Shown here: positions 1 through 8,917 of the stretch, in pieces
Position numbering within the stretch: the stretch's first letter is position 1
Layout of the letters: every line of letters begins with the position of its first letter
Source of the DNA: a virus
Taxonomy: Duplodnaviria > Caudoviricetes
IMG/VR virus record: IMGVR_UViG_3300022074_000117
Coordinates: 1-40,339 of that record
Length of the DNA stretch: 40,339 nt
Reading direction: 5' to 3' (one strand)
Translations under genes and position numbers: made by a program
Notes under the pieces: generated by a model
What the model saw: only the letters and a program-made list of their open reading frames with translations
Database searches by the model: none
What the model was told of the DNA's origin: nothing

Positions 1-667
1 TTCCATCAATATCAACGTTACCGGAAATATCTAAAGATGCCCCTGTTACAGTTCCAACTGTTATATTTGGAGTACCAGTTAAACCTGCAGCAGTTCCTGT
101 TGTATTTTGATTGAGTGTGGGAATTCTAGCAGCATCAAACGTACCAGAAGTAACTTTACTTGCTGCTAAATCTGGTATTCTGGCAGCATCAAACGTACCA
201 GAGGTAACTTTACTTGCAGGAAGAGCACCAACTCTAGCAGCAGCGACTGTTCCCGAAGAGATATTAGAACCATTTAAGTTCGTTAAGTTTGCACCACTGA
301 TTGCCGGTAAAGTTCCTGTAAGATTACCAGCAGGAAGATTAGTGAGTGATGCACCAGAACCACTAAAGGATGTAGCAGTAATAACACCACTAAGTTTTAC
401 ATCCCCACCAACATCTAACTTTGATGTTGGGATTGTTGAGTTAATACCGACATTACCGGCAGTAAAAAATGTATTATAACTATCTGTTCCTGTGCCTACC
501 CTAAATGGGTTAACGGCGATGACTGTTACTCCAGCACCAACATCTTTTGACGCATACAGAAGACCATCGTTAGTGTTTAAAGCAATCTCTCCTAATGGGA
601 CTTGTGCGGCGGTAGGAATTTTACCGGCTACAGCCGACCTCTTAAACTTAATCTTTGGATCTGCCAT
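1..667 (-). CDS. Tail-fibre-like virion protein, N-terminal ~222 aa only (runs off the window edge; not in the ORF track)
   Basis: ATG at 667. Manual translation: MADPKIKFKRSAVAGKIPTAAQVPLGEIALNTNDGLLYASK...GNVGINSTIPTSKLDVGGDVKLSGVITATSFSGSGASLTNLPA..., open to base 1. Mtd_N-like N-terminus, Gly/Ser/Thr-rich fibre motifs, TAAATA box at 721-726. Confidence 0.85.
   Translation of the reverse strand, partial: MADPKIKFKRSAVAGKIPTAAQVPLGEIALNTNDGLLYASKDVGAGVTVIAVNPFRVGTGTDSYNTFFTAGNVGINSTIPTSKLDVGGDVKLSGVITATSFSGSGASLTNLPAGNLTGTLPAISGANLTNLNGSNISSGTVAAARVGALPASKVTSGTFDAARIPDLAASKVTSGTFDAARIPTLNQNTTGTAAGLTGTPNITVGTVTGASLDISGNVDIDG
129..217 (-). repeat. 54-nt period (18-aa) tandem repeat inside the fibre gene
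   Basis: gcagcatcaaacgtaccaga(a/g)gtaactttacttgc occurs at 129-163 and 183-217 and encodes ASKVTSGTFDAARIP twice. A degenerate third unit (SNISSGTVAAARVG) precedes them. Confidence 0.9.
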
Positions 668-696
668 TTTTTATGCGTCTATGTAGTCATTCTATG

Positions 697-712
697 ACCA
701 GTATATACTGGT
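697..712. promoter_or_regulatory. Perfect 16-bp palindrome / 5'-UTR hairpin
   Basis: accagtatatactggt lies between the TAAATA box (721-726) and the ATG at 667. Confidence 0.6.
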
Positions 713-720
713 GCTCTAGA

Positions 721-726
721 TATTTA
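721..726 (-). promoter_or_regulatory. T4-like late promoter box TAAATA
   Basis: TAA-TAAATA immediately after the stop codon of 727..1050. Confidence 0.75.
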
Positions 727-1050
727 TTAGAACTCTTCGGCGACTAAATCCTTTGTTTTTGCCTTTCGTGATCTTGTGGGAGTAGGTGCTGGTTTATTTC
801 TTTCTTCTTCAAGTTCTCTTGTTACTTGCGAAAGTCGTTCTTTCAAAGAACGAGAAGATTCATTACTAGAGTTAACTGCTTCACTTGCAGCACTCACCTG
901 CTTCTGAAGTTCAGTAATCCTATTAGCATAGACTTCCGCTTGCTGTTTATACTTCATCTCTCTAGTTTCTGCAGCAACGGTCTGATTAAAGAAGTCCTGT
1001 GCTTTTTGTTGATAAATCGCAATCAAATTTTTATAATCTTGTTCATCCAT
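727..1050 (-). CDS. Small coiled-coil protein of the fibre island (possible fibre assembly chaperone)
   Basis: 107 aa, Q/E/K/L-rich heptad-like helix with a basic Pro-rich tail; has its own late promoter and sits between fibre genes. Confidence 0.75.
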   Translation of the reverse strand: MDEQDYKNLIAIYQQKAQDFFNQTVAAETREMKYKQQAEVYANRITELQKQVSAASEAVNSSNESSRSLKERLSQVTRELEEERNKPAPTPTRSRKAKTKDLVAEEF

Positions 1051-1051
1051 A

Positions 1052-1077
1052 AGGGGAAGTCATTCTTCCCCTATTTA
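1052..1077 (-). promoter_or_regulatory. Late promoter TAAATA (1072-1077) with an abutting 8-bp hairpin (1052-1072)
   Basis: Minus strand reads TGA TAAAT AGGGGAAG AATGA CTTCCCCT T ATG. Confidence 0.75.
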
Positions 1078-4000
1078 TCAGAATGCTCCAGCATCAATTG
1101 TTGTGTTCTCAAGAATGATTTCTCCGCTGCTGCAACCAAATATTCTTTGAGTTCCAGTACAACCACTTACATAATACTCTGCTGATTCAAATCCAGCACC
1201 TTCATTGTTAGTAAGAACTCCAGCAGACTCAGAAACTTTCTTTGCTGCAACAATACGACCGGTGCTATCATCAAAATAAACACCAGCTTTGAATGGATTG
1301 CTTCCATCGTGCCAGTGGAATATAACACCAATATCTCTGTTTAGGTCGGATGATGGAGCAGAACCACTATCTGTACCCAGTTCAATGAGTTGGTCTTGTA
1401 TTGTTGTTATTGTGGAATTAACCTGTGTGGTAGATCCATTAACAACTAAGTTACCGCCAACAGTTAGATTAGAAGCAGTTGCAACAGCACCTGTAGAATC
1501 AGTAATGGTAATTGCAGCGGTGCCGTCTCTTGCTTTGAGATTAGTTGCTTCAACAGTTGGAACATCAATCGCAGTTGTTACATTGACTGTATTTGGAAGT
1601 CCAATGGTAAATGTCTGTCCAGAAACAGAAGTCTCAACCTCATTTGCTGTGCCATTAATAGTAAGAGTTTGTGATGTAGAAACTGTGCCAGTTCCAGAAT
1701 CACCTGCGATAGATGTAGTTACATCAACTGCACCAACCTCAGCGTCAACATATGCCTTGATTGATTGCTGTGTAGCAAGTGCTGTAGCACTGTTGGAAGA
1801 CATATTGTCCTCATCATTTACTGCAGTTACTGCAGTGCCATTCAATGTCAGTTGTGGAGTTGTAAGATTGGTTGTGATTGTAACACTATTTGGAAGACCG
1901 ATCGTTACAGCAGCAGTTTCAGAACCACTACCAGAAACATCTACTTCATTTGCAGTGCCAGCAACAGTTGCAACATAGTTACCGGTTGTATCTGTACCAA
2001 GAGCAACAGAATTTGCTGTAACATTTGTTGCTGTGGAAGAGTTAGTATTGACTGCATTACCCATGTAACCATGAGAAGAGCATTGATAATGCAAAACTAC
2101 AGGTGTGGTATCAGATACTTCAATCTGGGTGTAAGAACCTGAACTACCTGCTGTTCCATTTACAGTAACACCAGTTGTATAAGCAGTTGTCTTAGCTGCT
2201 TCAAGATAGAAACGGAATGGATGACCACCGTTACTAGAATCGGAGGTATCAAACTTATAAGTTCTACCTGGAGTTAAAGTCAGGAAGGGTGCTTGTACTC
2301 CATCAAGGACATAAGCAGAGCCACTACCAGTTCCTTGATACCTATGTGCTGCTGTCTTGGAAGCAACGGTAACAGTGATTGTCTTTGCAGTTCCATTATG
2401 AGGTGCCTGAATAAATGAGTGACCTGCAAATCTTTCGGCGTTACTGACACCAGTTACGGTCAAGTCGTCTGCAACAGTTACATCATCACCACTTAAAGTA
2501 AGAGCAGTTGTACCACCACTTGACTTGATGGTGTTTCCTGTAACTGTAAGATCGTTGGTTACTGTGAGATTATTTCCAATCGTTACATCGTTAGGAAGAC
2601 CAATGGTAAGAGTGTTTCCTGAACCAGAGGTTTCAATTTCATTAGATGTGCCTGCGATAGTCAGAGTTTCACTATCAAGATCGATTGAAAGTGCGCCACC
2701 ACTATCTCCTTGGAAGTCTAAATCAGATCCAGTGATTTGAGAATTAACATATGCCTTGATAGACTGTTGAGTTGCAAGTTTTGTATTGCTGTCGCTAGCA
2801 AAATTATCTTCGTCTAGAACACCAGTAACAGAGGAACCACCAGCAGAGAATGCGAGAGTTCCAAGCGTTGTTGTTCCAGTAACACTCAATCCACCGCGAA
2901 GAGTTGCGGCATAGTTTGAGTTGATTGCATTAGAGTTAGTAACAACAGCGTTACCCATGTAACCATGAGCAGAGCACTGATAGTGAAGCACAGATGGAGT
3001 TTCATCTCCAACTACAATCTGCGTGTATGCTCCAGCATTACCTGCTGTACCGTTTGTGGTAACATTTGTAGTATACTGAGTAGTCTTATCCGCTTCCATA
3101 TAGAAGAGGAATGGATGACCACTATTACTTGAATGTGATGTATCAAATTTATAAGTTCTACCTGGAGTCAAAGTAAGGATAGGAGCCTGAACTCCATCCA
3201 GTAAATATCCAGATCCACTACCAGTTCCTTGATATCTGTGAGTTGCATCTTTACTCGCAACAGTAACAGTAATGGTTGTTGTGCTTCCATAAGGAGCAGA
3301 GAGGAACTTATATCCCTTTATATAACCCTGAACATCAATCAGTGTTGATACAGTAGCAGCACTAGATACATTTACATCATCAAGATCTGCAAGTCCAACA
3401 ACATTAAGAGTTGACCCATCAAAGGTAAGATTTGCACTATCTTCAAGTTCTCCACCAGAACCAGCGATGACTACACGATTATTTGTGAGATCCTCTACAA
3501 CTGCTGTAGCAAATGTAGCAGTAGAATTGGCATCAATTGCACCAGAGAATGTTACTCCAGCAGCATGAGTTGTGACACCTGCAATACTTACATTATCAAG
3601 ATTTGTATGTCCATCTACATCTATATTACCTGTTACTGTAGCATTACCGCTCGCAGTTAAACTTGTAAAAGCACCAGTTGAGGCAGAGTTAGCACCAATC
3701 GCAGCACCATCGATGCTACCACCATCAATATCAGCAGTATCGGCAACTAAAGCATCGATGTTTGCTGTGCCATCTAAGTGAAGATTTCTCCACTGTAAAG
3801 ATGACGTTCCTAAATCTCTTGCATCATCAGTAGATGGAACTAAATCACTATCAAATCTACCAGTTGCGGTAATTGTATCAGATGTTGCATTACCAAGGTC
3901 TACATTACCTTCAACAGACGCATTACCTGAAACTGTGAGACCTGTAAGAGTTCCAACACTTGTAAGTGAAGAGTTGACAACTGCACCGCCAAGAGTTGTA

Positions 4001-5277
4001 GCATTCAGAACGCTTGTATTGTTAATCTTATATGCTTTACCAGAGGCAAGATTTAAGTTCTCTGATGCACCCCAGTTGTCACCGGTTGCTTCAAACTGGA
4101 AGGTCTTGTCTCCCTCACCAGAATCAACAGTAATACCGGCACCATCAGCAGCTGCATCATTAGCAGCACCAGTGGCAACCTGAATATTTTTATCATCTAT
4201 ATTAACTGTCGTTGAGTTAATGGTGGTTTGTGTTCCGTCAACTTGGAGATTACCAGCAACAACGAGTGTTCCTGTGTTGTCTCCGACACCAGCAGGGTCA
4301 ATCGTAATAGTTGCAGGACCAGAAATTGTATTAGTGGTAAGACGAAGTGCCGATCCCTCAGCACCTAAATGAACTGCCGTAGCAGTCGCAACACCAGCGA
4401 TATTAACGTCATCGAGCTCTGTATGACCATCAACATCCAAAGACCCATTTGCGTCGATTGCAGCACTAAATGTGGCGGTCTCAGCAACGTTTAATACATC
4501 TAAATCAGTCTGCCCATCTACATCTAGTGTTCCGCTAAGGGTAGTATTGCCAGTAACAGATGCATTATCAGTAATCTGAACTGTTCCACCAGCAGAATCT
4601 AAGATAAGATTTCCTGCCGTTGTATCAATCTCATTAGCTGCTGTTCTACCGATCTGAACATCATCTAATCTACCACCAGATTGAAATGTGCCAATACCAG
4701 TTGCATTAACATCACTAAACGACCCAGTAGATCCTGGAACTGATACGCCTTTAATGCCGGTATACCTTGCACCACTTACATAAACACTCTTTCCAGAAAA
4801 ATTTACACCGTTTGGAAGATTTGTTCCGATAAAGTGCAAAGTACCCGATTGATAGTCAAAAAACCATTCATCATTATTACCAGAACCAGCACCGAATACC
4901 TGAGTTCCACTACTAGCAGCGTTAGCAGCATCTCCAGCAGTATGAACATATACCTTTACAAGATAAGTTGATCCAATCTCTGGAGGAATCCAATCTATTA
5001 AACCAGTTTTCCAAGTTCTATTAGATGATGCCGATGCATCTGCTGTGGTTTCATCAGGCGCAGAAGTTGGATATACAGTAACTACACCAGCAGAAGATGC
5101 TGGCATTGTGCCTGGGATTAGATCTGCCTGAGATAATACATTATTTCCTCTTAGGAGTAGAGGACTTGCTATTGATTCATTAGTTGCCTTCTTGTTGGCA
5201 TTAGTATCGGTCTTGGAAACTCCGTAACCAAGTTTCTTCCAAAGAAAATCAACCTTTTGTGCTTCTGAAATTGCCAT
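1078..5277 (-). CDS. Long tail-fibre / virion appendage protein with two cupredoxin-like domains
   Basis: 1399 aa, G/S/T/D/V-rich fibre repeats (LDVDGHTELDDVN, ATQQSIKAYV, GTANEVET...TIGLPN). Contains a duplicated ~112-aa domain with GHPF...YQCSxHGYMG and ends IDAGAF. Confidence 0.85.
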   Translation of the reverse strand: MAISEAQKVDFLWKKLGYGVSKTDTNANKKATNESIASPLLLRGNNVLSQADLIPGTMPASSAGVVTVYPTSAPDETTADASASSNRTWKTGLIDWIPPEIGSTYLVKVYVHTAGDAANAASSGTQVFGAGSGNNDEWFFDYQSGTLHFIGTNLPNGVNFSGKSVYVSGARYTGIKGVSVPGSTGSFSDVNATGIGTFQSGGRLDDVQIGRTAANEIDTTAGNLILDSAGGTVQITDNASVTGNTTLSGTLDVDGQTDLDVLNVAETATFSAAIDANGSLDVDGHTELDDVNIAGVATATAVHLGAEGSALRLTTNTISGPATITIDPAGVGDNTGTLVVAGNLQVDGTQTTINSTTVNIDDKNIQVATGAANDAAADGAGITVDSGEGDKTFQFEATGDNWGASENLNLASGKAYKINNTSVLNATTLGGAVVNSSLTSVGTLTGLTVSGNASVEGNVDLGNATSDTITATGRFDSDLVPSTDDARDLGTSSLQWRNLHLDGTANIDALVADTADIDGGSIDGAAIGANSASTGAFTSLTASGNATVTGNIDVDGHTNLDNVSIAGVTTHAAGVTFSGAIDANSTATFATAVVEDLTNNRVVIAGSGGELEDSANLTFDGSTLNVVGLADLDDVNVSSAATVSTLIDVQGYIKGYKFLSAPYGSTTTITVTVASKDATHRYQGTGSGSGYLLDGVQAPILTLTPGRTYKFDTSHSSNSGHPFLFYMEADKTTQYTTNVTTNGTAGNAGAYTQIVVGDETPSVLHYQCSAHGYMGNAVVTNSNAINSNYAATLRGGLSVTGTTTLGTLAFSAGGSSVTGVLDEDNFASDSNTKLATQQSIKAYVNSQITGSDLDFQGDSGGALSIDLDSETLTIAGTSNEIETSGSGNTLTIGLPNDVTIGNNLTVTNDLTVTGNTIKSSGGTTALTLSGDDVTVADDLTVTGVSNAERFAGHSFIQAPHNGTAKTITVTVASKTAAHRYQGTGSGSAYVLDGVQAPFLTLTPGRTYKFDTSDSSNGGHPFRFYLEAAKTTAYTTGVTVNGTAGSSGSYTQIEVSDTTPVVLHYQCSSHGYMGNAVNTNSSTATNVTANSVALGTDTTGNYVATVAGTANEVDVSGSGSETAAVTIGLPNSVTITTNLTTPQLTLNGTAVTAVNDEDNMSSNSATALATQQSIKAYVDAEVGAVDVTTSIAGDSGTGTVSTSQTLTINGTANEVETSVSGQTFTIGLPNTVNVTTAIDVPTVEATNLKARDGTAAITITDSTGAVATASNLTVGGNLVVNGSTTQVNSTITTIQDQLIELGTDSGSAPSSDLNRDIGVIFHWHDGSNPFKAGVYFDDSTGRIVAAKKVSESAGVLTNNEGAGFESAEYYVSGCTGTQRIFGCSSGEIILENTTIDAGAF
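2051..3280 (-). repeat. Internal duplication of a ~335-nt domain (about 2051-2383 and 2945-3280; offset 894 nt)
   Basis: TITVTVASK..HRYQGTGSGS.Y.LDGVQAP.LTLTPGRTYKFDTS.SSN.GHPF.FY...YQCS.HGYMGNAV occurs twice. DNA ataagttctacctggagt is found at 2257 and 3151. Confidence 0.9.
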
Positions 5278-5282
5278 TTACT

Positions 5283-5288
5283 TATTTA
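5283..5288 (-). promoter_or_regulatory. Late promoter box TAAATA
   Basis: TAA GG TAAATA AGTAA ATG in the 13-nt intergenic gap. Confidence 0.6.
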
Positions 5289-5290
5289 CC

Positions 5291-8200
5291 TTAGGATACA
5301 GAAAGAGCTGTTACGGATTGACCAGAATCTAATGCAATTCGTATCAAAACAACATTACCAGTAGCATTACTAAGATTTTCTGATCCAAGAGTCATTGTAT
5401 AACTTCCACTTAATGCAGTATCTGCTTGGATTCTATCACCACCAGTTGAAGCACATCCATCACTACCATTACCACCTGTGCCGCTTCCGGGAATACCGGA
5501 TCCAGCGTATTGAGTATCCGCTTTTAACCATCCGTTGATACCACTAGTACTATCTATCTGAGTTCCGGGTGCCGCAATCCAGAGACCTGTAATCCCACTT
5601 GATGTAATATTTATATTAAAGTTAGCAAGTGGTGTTCTTCGGAAGGCAAACGTGAAATATTGTTTTGCCGGTGCAGAACTTCTATCTGGACCTGCAGGGA
5701 GATATCCAGAAGAGAAATCTGTTTGGTCAAACTTGATAACTCCAAGTCTGAGGATTGCTTCTTTCACACCAACAGTTCCAGAAGTTAATGACTCAGTATA
5801 TGGTTGATTTGTATAGAAGTTTGTGCTTCCGCTAAATGATGGATTATCGGCAGTAGCATCCTTAAAGTCATAGATTCTTACTCCATCATCATCAAATCCA
5901 TCACCCAGAGAATCAGAAACTGCAATCGCGATTTCACTAATTCCGCTTTGTGATGCGGTATGAACCTGAACATTTGTAGTAATATCAGAACCGTAAGAAC
6001 CAACACCATTCACATTACGAGCACGAGCCTTGACTCTACTAATGGTTCTTACACTTGAAGAAGTGATTGGAACCGTGAGATTGCCGATTGCATATGCAGA
6101 AGAAGTTCCAGTGTTAGCGAGTGGAATACCGCTACTTAACATGGTTGTAGATCCATCAATCTGTGCATATGTGTAATCACTATTAGTGATTGCGTTTGAT
6201 GATGTTCCCTCCTGGTTGCTTCCGTCATCTACCTCAACAATATTTGACTGGTTAGTATGACACTGACCAACTAAATTTGAAATAGTTACTCCAGAGAGAG
6301 TAAGTGTTGGTGAACCAGAGTTGTAATAAGGAACACCAGAGATATATCTAAACGTTCCTGCAGTTCCCTGAGCAAGACTTCCCGCTGCAGAGATGCTTGG
6401 ACTTGCAGTTAAGTTATCCTTTACAAATTTGACGGTATTTGTGGACCCTTGAGCACTATGAACCAGTTGCATACTATTCGCACCGGTTGATAGAGAAGCA
6501 ACAGATTTAGAAACTCTTGCCTTAAATCCTTTGTAAAGTCCAGGATAGTAAATGCTGTTAGCAAAAGATGTTGTTGAACCAGAAGAATCTAAGAGTTGAT
6601 AATCACTTTCATCGGTGATCTGAAGACTTGTATAGTTTCCAGTATCATCACCAGAAGTAAGTCCCCTGCTACCATCAGTTGACCCAGTTACATTAGCAGA
6701 GAGTGTTCCGTTATTTCCATCATAAGCAAAGGTTGTTATAGGACCAGCAGTTGCTGTTCCACTAGAGACTCTTGTGACAGAATCACCAGCGTTAAATCCA
6801 CTTACCCCGTTAGCAGAAAATCCAGATGCGAGTCTTGGCGAAGTTCCTTGACTGGAAACGTTCGAAAGTGTCTTAGTTCCAAGATTGGCAGGAGCAGCAA
6901 CATCGTCTTGATAAACTTTGATTGCTGTTGTTGTGGCTTTTGGAATCTCAGACGGATCAGTTGTTGTATGGTTGGTAATTGTAAGAGTAACATTATCTGT
7001 GCTAGTGCCACTACTTGTACCATCTGCCCACTGGTGAGAAAGTCTTCCAGCAGATCCACCTGCACCACCAGCAGCATTGTCTGTGGTTACAGTTTGTACA
7101 GAAGATCCATCCCCCCAGTTGATCGTGAATGTTGCTCCAACACCGGTTGCATTTTGTGTGGTATTGTCAAGGTGCAGAGTATGATAATTGCTAGGACCAC
7201 CGCCATTATCAATGACATAGAGGTCATTTCCGCTCAGTGCTGATCCACCAGAGGATGCTCTGAACAGGCTGAATCCCATTACAGGAGCAGGAGTGAACAC
7301 TGTGATGAAGTTACTCTTTGTTAGAGACTGAGAGTGACCTGCGCCTACACCAGAAGAGTTTCTTGCTACGACTGTTACATTATAAGTACCACCACCAGAA
7401 TCAGTATAATTGTGTGTTGGTGTAGAGTCTGTGGTTGTTTCTAACGCACTTCCATCACCCCAGTTGATAATAAACTGATTTGCGTTGCCAGAAGAGGTGA
7501 TAGTTAAAGTGACTGTTAGTGTTGCAGCACCTGAACTTGAATCTGCTGTAAATCCAACATCTGTTACAGCAGTATTCTTAATGATATTGAATGCTACTTC
7601 ATTCAAGTCATCAATACTATTAACAATCGTTGATGCTGTTGTAAATGTATTAAGTGCTCCAGATGTGGTTAAACTCCCATCACTTGCGGATCCTAACTTA
7701 AGATCTCCACCTGTTCCATAGTAGTTGTTTGCTGTGACGATACCAACGTTGAGTATGGCATCATTCGTAGAATCAGCAGTAGGACCACCTGTTGTTCCTA
7801 CACCAACGTTTCCACTAGAGTCAATAGAAACTCTAACGCTACTTCCTGTCAGGAACTCAAGCGAGTCCTCATCTTGACCAGCAGAAGATTCTGCTCTTAT
7901 GAAAGTATCACCGTCTACGTCCTTTACTCCACCAAGAGATCCCCATGCGTTACCAGCACCATACCCCTCAAATTGAGATAAGGTTGTGTTATATCTGATT
8001 TGACCAAGAACACCACTCAATCTTTGAGCAGTTGTTCCTTTTGGAATCTGAATAGAACCAGTGCTACTTAATACCGTATTTCCAGCAATGGCGACATTTC
8101 TACTAACTGATAAATCTCTAGTAACAGTTAAGTCTTGACCGATTGTTACATCATCAGGTAGACTTATGGTTACCGTATTATTTGTGACTGCAGTAACAAC

Positions 8201-8641
8201 TTCGTTTGAAGTTCCACTAAAGGTCAGATTATCTGAAAGAAGCGCAACAGCATCAGATCCTGAGTCACCTACAATGTTTAGCGTTGCGGCAGAATCAATA
8301 AAAGATAATGTCCCAGAACCATTCGTTGATAGAATCTGACCGTTAGTTCCATCAGATCCTGGAAAGGTGAATGTGACATCAGAACCAAGACTATTTGGTG
8401 CCTTGATTGTTATTGCACTAGTTCCATTATTAGTGCCTTCGACAAGTTTGACACCACTACCTACAGTAGCAGATCCAGTAGACCAAAATCTTCCTGATCC
8501 TACAAATTGATTATTATTTGTGGTAGAGTCAATACCAACATATAAATCGCTAGTATCTGTGGTAAAACCTGGTTCACCTGCCCTCAGTGCGGGTAGATTA
8601 GCAAGAATACCACGTTTAAACTGAATTACAGGTGCGGGCAT
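5291..8641 (-). CDS. Tail-fibre / virion structural protein with Mtd_N-like N-terminus and two PKD-like Ig domains
   Basis: 1116 aa. N-terminus PVIQFKRGILANLPALRAGEPGFTTDT; fibre motif IPKGTTAQR..GQIRYNTTLSQFEGY..WGSLGG; two INWGDGS PKD-type signatures. Confidence 0.85.
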   Translation of the reverse strand: MPAPVIQFKRGILANLPALRAGEPGFTTDTSDLYVGIDSTTNNNQFVGSGRFWSTGSATVGSGVKLVEGTNNGTSAITIKAPNSLGSDVTFTFPGSDGTNGQILSTNGSGTLSFIDSAATLNIVGDSGSDAVALLSDNLTFSGTSNEVVTAVTNNTVTISLPDDVTIGQDLTVTRDLSVSRNVAIAGNTVLSSTGSIQIPKGTTAQRLSGVLGQIRYNTTLSQFEGYGAGNAWGSLGGVKDVDGDTFIRAESSAGQDEDSLEFLTGSSVRVSIDSSGNVGVGTTGGPTADSTNDAILNVGIVTANNYYGTGGDLKLGSASDGSLTTSGALNTFTTASTIVNSIDDLNEVAFNIIKNTAVTDVGFTADSSSGAATLTVTLTITSSGNANQFIINWGDGSALETTTDSTPTHNYTDSGGGTYNVTVVARNSSGVGAGHSQSLTKSNFITVFTPAPVMGFSLFRASSGGSALSGNDLYVIDNGGGPSNYHTLHLDNTTQNATGVGATFTINWGDGSSVQTVTTDNAAGGAGGSAGRLSHQWADGTSSGTSTDNVTLTITNHTTTDPSEIPKATTTAIKVYQDDVAAPANLGTKTLSNVSSQGTSPRLASGFSANGVSGFNAGDSVTRVSSGTATAGPITTFAYDGNNGTLSANVTGSTDGSRGLTSGDDTGNYTSLQITDESDYQLLDSSGSTTSFANSIYYPGLYKGFKARVSKSVASLSTGANSMQLVHSAQGSTNTVKFVKDNLTASPSISAAGSLAQGTAGTFRYISGVPYYNSGSPTLTLSGVTISNLVGQCHTNQSNIVEVDDGSNQEGTSSNAITNSDYTYAQIDGSTTMLSSGIPLANTGTSSAYAIGNLTVPITSSSVRTISRVKARARNVNGVGSYGSDITTNVQVHTASQSGISEIAIAVSDSLGDGFDDDGVRIYDFKDATADNPSFSGSTNFYTNQPYTESLTSGTVGVKEAILRLGVIKFDQTDFSSGYLPAGPDRSSAPAKQYFTFAFRRTPLANFNINITSSGITGLWIAAPGTQIDSTSGINGWLKADTQYAGSGIPGSGTGGNGSDGCASTGGDRIQADTALSGSYTMTLGSENLSNATGNVVLIRIALDSGQSVTALSVS

Positions 8642-8647
8642 CTCGTT

Positions 8648-8676
8648 TATTTACAATATATCGTTAGTATTATTTA
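8648..8676 (-). promoter_or_regulatory. Two TAAATA late boxes (8671-8676 and 8648-8653) flanking a short TATA-apex hairpin
   Basis: Minus strand reads TGA C TAAATA ATACTA ACGATATATTG TAAATA AACGAG ATG. Confidence 0.65.
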
Positions 8677-8677
8677 G

Positions 8678-8917
8678 TCAAAATTCTCCGCCATCAATTC
8701 CTCTAAAATCAATCTTACTTATATCAAGTTCACTTTCAATTTGATCGACTAATGCTGAAGGAGTGTCAGTAGATGTAGATGCTGTTAAGGTTTGTCCTAT
8801 TTTTCTTAATTCAAAGTTTCCTGTCGTTTGATTAAAGAAAACTACATCTTTATTTTTACTAGAATTTAATGACCCAAAATTAGTATTATCAAAATCTTGT
8901 AGTCTACGAACTGACAT
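8678..8917 (-). CDS. Small fibre-associated protein ending IDGGEF (paralog of 8917..9216)
   Basis: 79 aa; start overlaps the upstream stop (TGATG); alignable by eye with the upstream 99-aa protein. Confidence 0.8.
   Translation of the reverse strand: MSVRRLQDFDNTNFGSLNSSKNKDVVFFNQTTGNFELRKIGQTLTASTSTDTPSALVDQIESELDISKIDFRGIDGGEF

Noticed and set aside
2051-3280. Duplicated fibre segments and Mtd_N-like heads as a diversity-generating retroelement (TR/VR)
   Set aside because: No reverse transcriptase is present in the window, both copies are in-frame coding, and the differences are not confined to adenines.
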